In this document: piece after piece, positions 38,227 through 49,600 of the stretch
How the letters are laid out: each line of letters opens with the position of its first letter
Position numbering within the stretch: the first letter of the stretch is position 1
Origin: Pocillopora damicornis
Lineage: Eukaryota
Reading direction: 5' to 3'
Assembly (NCBI RefSeq): GCF_003704095.1
Contig: NW_020844518.1
Span: 124,001 to 188,000, forward strand
DNA length: 64,000 bases
Notes under the pieces: generated by a model
Told to the model about the DNA's origin: nothing
The model's input: only the letters and a program-made list of their open reading frames with translations
The model's database searches: none
Made by a program: the position numbers and the translations under genes

Positions 38227-40583
38227 CTACATGCCAGGGTAAGGTGGGGGAGGCTCTCCCACTAAAATCTCCGTCCTTGGCACCATCATCGGCTGAGGAA
38301 TTGCGAAGTGCAGACTTTCTAACGGTGGTGGGTAGATTGAATGTAGGAATTCTGGATAGTAATCCTGATGTTGAAGACCGGCTTCGGAAGGCTGCTGTGT
38401 GTCACAAACGTTAGTTGTCACGCTAGAGTCACGCGTACGCCGCCTTTTAGAGTTGCAGTCCATGCTGTATTTTACTAACAGGAAAATCCCTCCAAGAAGG
38501 ATCAGAAGGAAAAGAACTACCAGTACGATGTACACAGCAGATGCAACTCTTTTGAGCGCTGCAAAAAGTGAAAAAAATTGTTTCTAATTTGAGTTGGAAT
38601 TCTCAGAATTCGAACTGTTTCGCTATGACGAGGGGCTAACGCTCGAAACGTCAGCTTTAAAACTCTTTACGGTGACCAACTTACTTTATCAACTAAGTTG
38701 ATAATACTTAATTGCCCTGTTATACTCTCTCGGTGGGTGGGTATAACAGGGTAATCATTACAGTTTCTCTATTAACGTACTCCTTCATTCATTTGTGGAA
38801 TATACAGTTTCACTATCCCTTTGGGCAACCTTTTGTCTTGAAATCCAATATGTAGTGTGTATTGCAATAGTCTATCAGTCTAGCAGCACTGAAAACATCA
38901 CTATAATCCAATAATCTAGGGATCAAGATTCCAAAGGAATGCCTGGTTAAGCTGTTCTCTTGGTCTGCTTTTCGCCTAATCATTTAAATTCCTTCACAGC
39001 TTTATTAAATGGCGTGATGCATTTTGACAGGTAAAGTCGTATCATCACGATTCAAAGGTAAATAAAGTTGATATCAAAGTTGGCATCTCAGAGAGCTCAA
39101 GCATTGAACAAGAACAAGCGGTTGGATGAACCAAGCACTTATACAGCGAACAATGACAAGGCTTGAAACAATAACTAGAAAACACCAGAAAACTAGGTAA
39201 AGTCAGTAAAGGTACCTTCAACTTCTTGCAAGTGACACAGGAACACTGAAAAAGAAAACAAAGGATATTATTCGTTCAGTGGTTTATTGACCCGTGAATT
39301 TTCGCAAAAAAATGTCATATTTCCCTTCTTGTTACACCCTTAATCAACAGCCCTTAATCAACATATGTGCGGGGTGCGTCGAAATAAAATATGTACTTTT
39401 CTCGGAAATCGGGTAAGTGTGAATGGTTTCTTGCGACATGTGCAAGGTAAGCAATCAAGCATGTCGAAGTAATTGATTGACGATTAACCGACAACTTGAT
39501 TTCCCTAATTCCACAAATTTTACTTCTGCCTTATATATACTAGTTTCGAATATAAATTGATTATAAAACTCCTGTGAACCGTTTGCAGCTTTGTTGTTCA
39601 CATATTCCCCCAATTTTAGCCATGATTACCCTATTCAAATGAATTCAGTTAATCCATGACAACAACTACGTGTGTGCACGCTAGTTTCGAATGTTATCAT
39701 AATTTCAGAAAGTGACATCAATAATTATCCTAAGAGGTTTGAATATTAGGTATTTGAAAAGCAGGTTCTTTTACTTGATGAAAAGATATGTATATTTTTT
39801 AATTCATCAATTCGTTAAGCAATAAAAAAAAGTCTTTCAAACTTTATAAGTGGTGATAGAAGCCGCTGAAGGAAACAGAACGTGATCAAATGACAATGAT
39901 GTTATGTAGAATTTTTTTACTCGCCAACTGCCTGGTGAATGAAAAACTTTCAACCTAGCATCTAGTGATCGCAAGTTATCTAAGCCTTATATCGTAACTT
40001 ACAGAAAAAACAAATGGCAGCGTACACTCGTGCGTCGATTTCTTCACTAAATGTGATCGATGACCAGACTGACACTTAATCATAAGGGGACCTTACGCAA
40101 CCAGGACGGCAACGCCGGGAAAACGTTGACTAAAAATTGAATTTATATCTTTTGTAGAATTTCGCGAATGGATGTTGTGTTTACACTCCCTAACGGAGCC
40201 GCTTCTTTACTTCGGCGTAACTTCTGTGAGCAGGGTAAAGTTGAAAATGGAACTTAAATAATTTGTGGTTGGGGTTTCCGTTGTTAAATCATGTAAATTT
40301 CGCAGTAGGTGTCATCAAGTTGTCGTTCGCAGAAGACGGCTAGGAAGTGTACAAATATTTAAAACACACGGGCTGAACTGTTGTTCAGACATTAGATCTT
40401 TGTTGTTTTACCTCGACCTCGCTGACGTTGTGATTTGCTGAAGTACTCTAATGACTAAATAAAACTTGCTTATACCTCGTGATTTTGCTGTTGTTATCAA
40501 TCGCATTCCCAAGCACATTGGGTAAAAACACGCTAAGATTAAGAATCCTTACCTGAACAAATGAGATACACAGAGAATTTCAT
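38227..40583 (-). CDS. Array gene B: signal peptide, almost no ectodomain, TM helix and PPxY tail (~130 aa)
   Basis: Exons 40553-40583, 39216-39245 and 38227-38558 give MKFSVYLICSVFLCHLQEVEA-LKRVASAVYIVLVVLFLLILLGGIFLLVKYS...KRRR...VGEPPPPYPGM*. Same exon layout as gene A, including a 30-nt second exon ending Q.VE/A. Confidence 0.78.
38620..38798 (+). mobile_element. Penelope-type non-autonomous repeat with a degenerate hammerhead ribozyme core
   Basis: GCT-ATGACGA-G-GGGC-TAAC-GCTC-GAAA-CGTC-AGC followed by a body shared with the copies at ~57710, ~57890 and ~59150; internal hairpin ATTGCCCTGTTATACT/GGTATAACAGGGTAAT. Confidence 0.65.
40083..40450. mobile_element. Degenerate MITE-like element in gene B intron 1
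   Basis: Weak inverted termini TAAGGGACCTTACGCAACCAGGACGGCAACG / CGCTGACGTTGTGATTTGCTGAAGTACTCTA. Confidence 0.4.
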
Positions 40584-41889
40584 CGCGTCAATTTGATCCA
40601 AAGATCACTCGTTAGACAAGCGGGTTACGATATCTTCAATACTAATTACGCTTCAATGACGGAAGGCTCAGTCTGATCACGTGACCTCGCCGGGGTCAGC
40701 TAATTAGAAAGTGGAGTGAGTTATTTATTTTTACGTGTGATAACTACTACCGCTAAGAACACTTCCGCATGATATTACCATGATCAAAAATAACTAGAGT
40801 CAGAGGTACAATTTTTTTTTTATTCTAGACTTCCTACAAAGTGGAATCCAAGAGGACATGAACTGTAACTTGGTGGAATCATTATGCAATTTTGTGACCT
40901 AACGAAGATGTTTTCCATCATTTAGGAACCACAAAATAACAAACACTCCCCTTTAATTTCGAGCAATAACACAACTGTGGCTGAGTCGACAGGAGTGAAC
41001 ATAAGAGGGCATGGATGAAGAAAAGGAGTGCGCACGTAACAGAGTGTAGAGGGGACTCTGGAAAATTGACTGCCAATGAACTGCCAATGCAAAGGGGATA
41101 ATTATTCCCTCTCAGCAGGGAATAAATAGTGTTCAAGTTAGCTAACGAGCCAGAAAGCTCGGCGTCCCTGGGCTTAACTAAGTTTCAGCGGCGGGAAGCG
41201 ACTAAAGCTCTTGCCACTTCTCAGGACGGAATACTTGGGTCACATCACTCCAATTATTTGGACAGGTTTTCCTGACAGTTTGCCGCTAGCTTTTGATACT
41301 CTTATCCTAACTGCAAACACGCATTATGAGAGTTAACTATGAGTTTAGCGTCTTGCCCAAGAAGGCATCAAAACGCGCCGAACTTTTCGGTCCGTGGTCC
41401 TGGATATTAGAGACCAGGTCTTTACGTCTCCTGCCCTTCAGTACGAAAGGCTTTAAAGGCAAAAATTAAATACATGTAAGAGCGATACTTTAGGAAAGTA
41501 TGCTTGAATATACATATAATGGCGTGAAACAATTATCAAGTTATTTTTTTTAACGTAGAACATTGGACTTCAGAATCCGAACGTATGAAGTAATATTCCT
41601 CGTGTGGGACCACGATGTTTTCCCTTCGTTCGTTACAAAAGGAAATGAGCAAATGAGCTCAAAATATACGTTTTAAGTTCTATTTACACTCTTTATGGCA
41701 AAACAGCGACACAAGTTAAATAGCTGCGTAAATGAACAAACATTCAAACATACCCCTCAAGAAATGACAAAAAATAGAAATAACAACTGTACAATTCTTT
41801 CACAAGTCTCGAGACCCTAACAAATTGAGAAATACGTAATTTAAACAAACTGGAAACAGAAAAAGAATTTGAGATAAACACAATGTTTT

Positions 41890-42035
41890 TAGGAACCCCA
41901 GCTGGCTAGTAGGCTTCATAGAAAGAGCAGTCAAGGAGTTGAACTCAGAGGAACTGAAAACAAATCCAGTGAGAAGCAGAGAAGACGGCTTGAAGCTGGG
42001 ACCACCAGATTTTATAAGACCAGCACCCTAATCAT
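41890..42035 (-). mobile_element. Degenerate copy of the tRNA-derived SINE at 53072-53355
   Basis: Shared blocks AACCCCA.CTGG, GGAGTTGAA.TC, ACAAATCCA, CTTGAA.C.GGGACC and CAGC.CCCTAA.CA. Confidence 0.6.
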
Positions 42036-42157
42036 GCTCGGTGTCTTAATGAATCCGGAATCATGATGATCGTTTTCTGTATCCTCCTTCCAAAAAATCG
42101 TTATATCATCCTGCATGAGGATAGCGACAAATGTCCATGCCTTTCCTGAGGATACGA

Positions 42158-45100
42158 CTACGAGCGTCCCAAGGGTGGATGCGGTAAATAAGTATCCTCT
42201 CCCGGATAAGGTGGCGGAGGCTCTGTCGGATATGTGTAGGGAGGAGGAGGCTCCATCGGGAACGTATAAGATGGGGTACGATAGCCCATTGTGGAAGGTG
42301 GGTATCGGTGTAGGTTTGCAGCTGGCTGAGGTGTTGATGCACGAAGAAATTGGCGGCTCGAGTTGTGTCTTATTCTACATCTTAGAGCATGAAGAAATTG
42401 CCGCCTTGGGGTTGGACTTCTCCGACGTCTTATGATGCTGCAAGCCATACATATCAGTAACAGAAACAGCGAAACTCCCCCAATGAAAAGGATGGTTAGA
42501 ACATCTAAGGATAAAGAACAAAAACGAAATTAGTAACAAGCCTTTTGGTTGCCTGCAGAGCAAGCGTCCTATCAGGGCGCGTTAACGTTACAAGGTCGAG
42601 ATCGTTTATTCAATCGGCCATGTTAAATTTAGAGTTAGAGTGGAATACTCTTTGATCGGTTGCCCCGTTCCCTCCCCTCTCCTGCTTTTAAACCGTCGTC
42701 TACCCCCTTAGTACAAATTTCTCTCTCTACCCAGCCTTCTGCTGCTGTAAGAATTATGAAAAAAGGCAGCTGCAATTTTCACCAAGAAAATACTAAGTTC
42801 TCGATAGGCGAAATGACCCCTGATCTGCAAGCTAGCCTAAATTTGGAATCTCGGCTCCCTCCGTTACAATAGCTAGCATAATAGTTTGTCTGCGTAACAT
42901 TTAAAAGCTAGGCACGTACTTTTAGTGGGTCTCGATGTGTTTGCTAAGCACTTTGAAGTGTCATGGATTCACACACACCCTTACCAAGATGTAGAGGTCT
43001 TAACACATATGACTAGTTGTCATAGCTTATTGCTATGAATTTGAAGAGATCTTCAATAACCAGCGAGAAGGTAAGGACTTCAGAAATCAGCGGTGTTTAC
43101 AAACTAAGCAAAAATAACGACGACGACGACAACAACAACAACAACAACAACAACAGCAGCCATACAACAAGAAAACAGCAATACCACACAAGGAGGTTAC
43201 ATACATATCCTTTAGGAAGAAGTTGATGTCATTATTATTGTTGTTATTTTTATCTTTATTGAGCTGATTTATAATGTTCGTTACAACAAAAAGTCAAGCT
43301 GTGTGAAGTGTGGACTTACTTGCTTTGTGAACCTGTTCGAACTGAGCTTTAAAACCACTGCAATTGCCATGATTATCTTCGTCAGATCGAAACTGAACCC
43401 TCAAGTAGCGGCTAGTGGAAGAAACGTCGCTTGGAAGTGATGCTCCACATAATTTCGTTTTCACTTCACTGGCGGAAGACCAGCCATCGTAAATTTGAAC
43501 ATAATCTTCATCACAGCTCGAAGACCATTCCACGTCGAAGGCACTGAAACTAAGTTTAACCAGCTTTCCATACGGCACAGTTATGACCCAAGTACAATTA
43601 ATACTTTTGGGATACTTCGATGGGTAAAAGGGACTCTCAAACGTTCCTGACGAGCCCTCTAGCTGTAGATTGTTGTTGTTGATGTTACCTGGGAAACACT
43701 TCGTTTTGTTTCTAGCAGCTAAGAAACATAAAAGGCAAAATAAGATATACGAGTTTCATTAACTTCCTCATACGCCATAAAGTGTTCAATTGTAACAAGA
43801 AAATCCACACAAAGGAAAGCTGGCGCTGGAGGCTGAGAAAGATAGAATCAGTTTTCTTTAATTTGTAACTCGATGAATTCATTCCATTAAGCAAGCTAAA
43901 AAAAATTAAAATTGTAACGCTTCAGGGCTGGAACTAATCTTTTCAGTTTCTTTCCAAAAACACAAACTGACGATTACCCTGGCCACAGAGGATCAGTTGG
44001 ATTCTACCATACTACGCATTAAATCACCACTGATTTCCTTCCACTTAAACTGCGTCAACTTCTCCAGATCAACAACAGTCAAGGTTTATGGTGTTCCAGA
44101 ATATTTGGTTGAACTTCTTAAATCAAAAAGAGTCTTCATGTAGTTGTTAGCCATAAAGTCCTCAACTCTTTTCAGCTCCCTTTTAAGCAGCAATCTGCAC
44201 AATATTTTTTTCTGTATCTCCGATCCAGTACAGATTATTGTATAACAATTGAGAAGCTGGCTGCATAACCATTATACACCGAATTTCAAGTTGTATAGGG
44301 AGTTTTACAATACATGCAATGCTCGACATTCCAAGGAAACATGCTTCCTTGCAATTGTACTTGCCTAAATTTATAGTCCTTTGTTCCATCTGAACAACGC
44401 AAAAACATTTCGTGGAATCAACGCACAGCCCTGACAAAAATGCAAAAATGTTTCCCAACCGAATTGTAGCTCGGAAGAAAAAAAAATTATGTAAATATGA
44501 CCAAAAATAGTTATCAACATCAACAGAGCAATTAATGTTTTGCGCCGACATTCAATGGTTATACACTCGGCGCTTTTGTTATCAAAAACTGGAAGCTTCC
44601 ATTCCAAATTATAAGATTAAAAGTGATGTTAACTTACCGTAATTTTCAGCACTTGAAAATCCAATCCAGGCCGCAAAAATCAGACCTGAATAAGTGGATG
44701 AGAATAGCATAAAAATGAAAGAAGAGATCAGAATTTTTTTAAACTACGTCGTTATCAATCACTTTCTGTAGCATGCATCACTAGTTTGTGTTGTGGTTCA
44801 AATCTTAATGTTTCCTTTGTTCATAGCTAGTATGTTAATCAGTAAGGAAGGATCACGATCTCTCATGCCATAGATATTAAATATTAGTTTCAGTCAAATC
44901 AAAGCTAATTACTGAAAGAGCCACCTTGACTACGAATAGTTTCCTTTTATCCACTCGTGACAAGACCTATAAGATTTTTCTTGAGGAGAGCCTCGAGTTT
45001 TAATTAATTGTACGTGATATGAACAGGTCGGGCCAGGAGGCAGATTAAAAACAACTACTTAAACATGCACATTTTATTGTTGAGAGTTAGTCTTCAATTA

Positions 45101-45737
45101 TCATTGGATCTAACCTGAAATGTAAAGCTAATGAAAGATATATTTACTGACATGGAAGAGCTCGTTGGAAGCTATGTTGTTACTCAACCGAAAATCAAAT
45201 AATATCATAATAAATTCAGTGTGATCATTTCTTTACATTGTAGCTTTCACTACAATTGTTCAAAACATCTCTGAGGAATTAGATAAATTATTTGCGTTAC
45301 CATTCGGTTAAGTTAACTTCTACACGATCACGAAAAATACTGAAAAAAAAATTGTAACTGATAATATCCGCCCGAGGAAATAAGTTTCGCTTTTAGCTGA
45401 GATATTCCGTTCCATCACTACCTGGAATAATTTCTATGCATCTCAAATGCATTGGAAACCTTAATCGCAAGCTCTAATCAAGTTCAGTTAACTAGTAAAC
45501 ATTCCGTTCTTGGGAAAAATGTTAATAACTCAGTAGGCTTAATTCTAATGCCAGTCAAGTCAATCACGATTTCAAGCCTTTGAAATTTTTAACGGCGTTA
45601 TTTACTACTTCAGATACTTCGCATCGAAGAAAAAAATCGTAGATTATAATCCGCGTCACCGATATAAAGACTGATATCTATTAGTAGATATCAAGTTTGA
45701 TTCATAGAAACTCACCCATTGATGTTAACGAGTCCAT
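42158..45737 (-). CDS. Array gene C: signal peptide, 1 CUB domain, TM helix and tail with two PPxY motifs (~271 aa)
   Basis: Exons 45716-45737 (start exon least certain), 44638-44685 (GLIFAAWIGFSSAENY), 43320-43718 (CUB: CFPGNINNNNLQLEGSSGTFESPFYPSKYP...CTWVI...CDEDYVQIYDG...LCG...QFRSD...GFKAQF) and 42158-42504 (TM VLTILFIGGVSLFLLLICMACSII, tail EPPPPYTYPTEPPPPYPG). Confidence 0.85.
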
Positions 45738-46039
45738 AATTTATGTTGTGCGATGAAAGAGTTAAACATGTCAAAGACTCTCGTAAAGTGTTACCAAAAT
45801 TCACGTCACCTGCTAACGTCTTTTAAGGATGCGGTGGGTCACATTCTTCATCGACCATTTCGCTGAAGTTTCAGAACGTAGCGACCAAGATACACAAAAT
45901 GATTATACCCAAGTTGTTTTCTAAGCAATTTTTGCTTTCATTATTGATTGGCGCGATGGGAGAGAAAGATTTGGGCACTAGTTAATCACAGTCACGCTAT
46001 TCAAGGGTCACAAAAGGCCTGAATCTTAATAAGTGCTCT

Positions 46040-46252
46040 TAAAATCCTTTCACTCTCAGAAGTGATTAACATGTAACTTCTCCCCGTAAAATCCATAACG
46101 TGAATAGAGATCAGGTAGAGAGAATAATTAAACTTATCAGGTAGAAGTTTTTATCTTGATCTAACACCAAATTCTCGTAGCTTATTTACAAGGAAATATT
46201 TAACAGCTAGAAGGGAGAATGAACAATCAGATCTTAGAAGTTTAAGGGTTAA
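46040..46252. mobile_element. TTAA-type MITE, inverted relative of 19276-19486
   Basis: Ends ...CAGATCTTAGAAGTTTAAGGGTTAA; the body is a reverse-complement match to the 19276 copy. Confidence 0.7.
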
Positions 46253-46668
46253 AAGAAAAAAAGAAGAGTAGAGGTGATTTCCGGCGTAATTTCTTTTAAT
46301 TGCTCATTCATATACTTAAGTGGTTGCCATATTTTCAGTTTAAGAAAAAAAAATTATTTTTCGATAGTTCAGGTTGTGTGATTTTCCAAACTTGTTAGAC
46401 GAATTCGTGGACCGAGGTCACCTTGGATGACCACAAACAACTCCCTGGCAGCGCGCAGCCGGGAACATAGTTCATAAAAGGCTAAATGAAAGGAGGCACG
46501 GGATGGGGGAGGATTTCATCCAGCACTGTCCTTAATTTATAATAAAAGGCCTTCTATCGGGTAATTGCAACTTCTGCCTTTGTTGTTGTTGCCTTTGTTT
46601 GGTTTTTATAATGGTCTCTGATTACCAAACTTGCCCCTCGCAAAAGGACTGGCGGTGTTAATGCTGCC

Positions 46669-49600
46669 TCAGTGATTTGATAACAAGTGAGCTGACTGTT
46701 CAGGATTCGTCGAGACCGGAGCATAATCCACTCTTGGGGATGACTCATTGGCTCCAGACTGAGTAGGCAGGGATGTGCGAGACGTGGTCGGTGCTGGTGC
46801 CATTGGAATTCTTTCTACCCCAGCTCCACGTCGTTTGTTACTTCGTGTCCTCTTATACACCATAAAGCAAACCACTGCAATTACTATGACCATCAAAGAA
46901 GATACAATTGCGACAACGATGGCCAATGATTTGAGCTCTGAAAAGAAAACAAAAGAAATCAAAATTTCATCTTGGGGAGGTTAATTAGTCATTTGTAGAT
47001 CACAAAGGAACAAACTGCCAAACTATCAGTTGGTGAATCCTGTCATTTTCTAGCAAGTGTCATTGTAGCTTGCAAGCAGGCTATCGTCATTAATGCATCG
47101 GTACGAACATTTCTTCGGCACGGGCGTTTCTTCGGCACGGGCGTTTCTTAGGCACGGGCGTTTCTTCGGCTCGGGCGTTTCTTCGACACGAACGCTTCTT
47201 CGGCAGGAGCGTTTCTTCAGCAAGAGCATTTCTTCGGTACGAACGTTTCTTCGGCACCGGCGTTTCTTCGCTCGCGAGAAAGTACGAAGCCTTGAGCAAT
47301 GTGAGTCGGCGAGAGATGTGCGAGGGGTTCAGTACCCACTATTTATGCCATATCCCCGAAAAGTCCCGGCCGGGTATATGCGAAGTTATGAGGCATAAGT
47401 GAGCAAAAAGATAAAAAGTCCCCCCCCCCCCTCCAAAAAAAAAAAAAACCCTTTCATTAGCTCACGCTTGTAAAGCTCCTAAAAGCGCAAGGACAACACT
47501 TTTAAGTCATCTGATTTTGACTTTAAATTCTGAAAAACGCTAGCCGAAAATAGCTGCATGTACCTCGCAAGTTACAACTTACTACTTATAGCTTTAAAAG
47601 AAGCCTTGAATCCAGTACGTAATACATCAGGCTCAGAGTCGGAGTTGAATCTGACCAACATATGCCGACCAGTTGACTGAACTTCGCGTATGACAGAATC
47701 TCCGCAGTATTCTTCTAAAGTGCGGCTCTTGTTAGTCTCTCCATCAAAGATCTGCACAAAATCAGAGCACCCAATTGGACTTATATCAAATTTTTCAAAG
47801 CTGAGTTCTACTCTCTTTCCCTCCGGTACGGTGATGAGCCAAACACAGACTAAATCCGTGGGGTAATACTTCAGGGGAGTTTGTAATGTCCCCTCTGTGC
47901 CAGTTAACTTCAGGTTTCCATTATCGGGATTCCCCAGCAAACAAACTTCTTTGGAACGAGAAGATGCAACAGGTTCAACTAGATTTAGTATAAGAAAGAA
48001 AATATGTTTGAGTGAAATCTGGAAAATGTGGACACCAAAAGGACAGGGTTTCACAATAAGCGGTTACTCAGGAAATACAAATCAAAACAAACAAAGAGGA
48101 AAAAAAGAGAGCGAAAAAAAAAAAAAAGGGTCTTCATGGTATAAATGGCCTTATTATTGAAACAATCTTCTGCCGTCTCTGTTTCAAGAGCCACCCTCTT
48201 AGAAAGCAAAATTTAAAATAAAATAAATTATAAAAATGCGTGTGCCTGCTAATCTCCGACTCACCCCCCCCCCNNNNNNNNNNNNNNNNNNNNNNNNNNN
48301 NNNNNNNNNNNNNNNNNNNNNNNNNNNNNNNNNNNNNNNNNNNNNNNNNNNNNNNNNNNNNNNNNNNNNNNNNNNNNNNNNNNNNNNNNNNNNNNNNNNN
48401 NNNNNNNNNNNNNNNNNNNNNNNNNNNNNNNNNNNNNNNNNNNNNNNNNNNNNNNNNNNNNNNNNNNNNNNNNNNNNNNNNNNNNNNNNNNNNNNNNNNN
48501 NNNNNNNNNNNNNNNNNNNNNNNNNNNNNNNNNNNNNNNNNNNNNNNNNNNNNNNNNNNNNNNNNNNNNNNNNNNNNNNNNNNNNNNNNNNNNNNNNNNN
48601 NNNNNNNNNNNNNNAACCCTGCTAATTTCCGACTCACCTGGTTCATCCCGAGCTCTGAATGCAGCACTAAATCCACCGGTTATCGTCATGATTTCACCCG
48701 ATCTGAAACGAACCATCATGTATCGACCAGTCGAGCGAATTCGTTCTGGTATATCGTACCCACACAATCTTCCTTTACTATCGCTAGAGCTGTCCTTCCC
48801 GTCAAGAGCTTCCACATAATCTGGTGTACATTTTGAGGAGGGACCCTTCGGTATACGAAACGTCTGAAAGCTTAACTCGATTATGTTTCCTTCAGGCACA
48901 ACGATAAGCCATGTACAACTTAAATGCGGATAGTAACGTTCGGCCGGGCTTTGAAGGGTTCCATAAAAACCACTTAGTTTTAAATTGTTGTTGTAAACGT
49001 TTCCAGGATAACAAAATTCCTCGGGATTTCCAGCTATGTAAAAGGAAAAATGAATAAATAAATAAAAAAATTTGTGAATAAATTAAAATGAAGATGAAAA
49101 TGAAAATAATAAAAAAAGGAACTGAGTTATAGTTATACGTCATCCACCGCTTCAAGTGCGTCACCTTAAGGTGACATTTTAAAAATTGCTTCCGCGTTGT
49201 GAGAATAACGCTCGAGGTGTTATCTTTTCCCTAAAAATACCTATACAAAAATGACTGTTTTCTCAAATTGTGAACACATTCTTAGAGAAATTTTTAAGTC
49301 TTTCGAAGTAATCCGGGATTTGTTTGGTTTTGCTTTGCCTAGTCATGTGATAGGTCCAGAAATCTTGCACCACTTTCTCAACAAACCTAATAAAAAATTA
49401 AAACCAAAGGCGACTTGGTCACACACGTTTTCCAACGCCTCAGAGTCTCGCAAAAAGAAAAAAAAGGCTTTCGTTGAGTTTAATGAGCATGATCTACTCA
49501 CATAACAGCACAACAGCTCTTACTGGTTTCGCGAAATCATGTTTATGTTCCAATAACCGCTAAAATAGTGAGGTAGAAAGGTAAAGTAGAAGTTGTACCC

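Noticed and set aside
42115-42435. 106-aa plus-strand ORF
   Set aside because: It is the antisense shadow of gene C's Pro-rich tail exon, with no independent support.
47097-47271. CRISPR-like appearance of short repeats here and at 58237-58310
   Set aside because: Units are contiguous with no unique spacers, there are no cas genes, and the context is eukaryotic.
47090-47398. ORFs with repeated PKKR/AEET or RFF peptides
   Set aside because: They are translations of the 17-bp minisatellite inside an intron.
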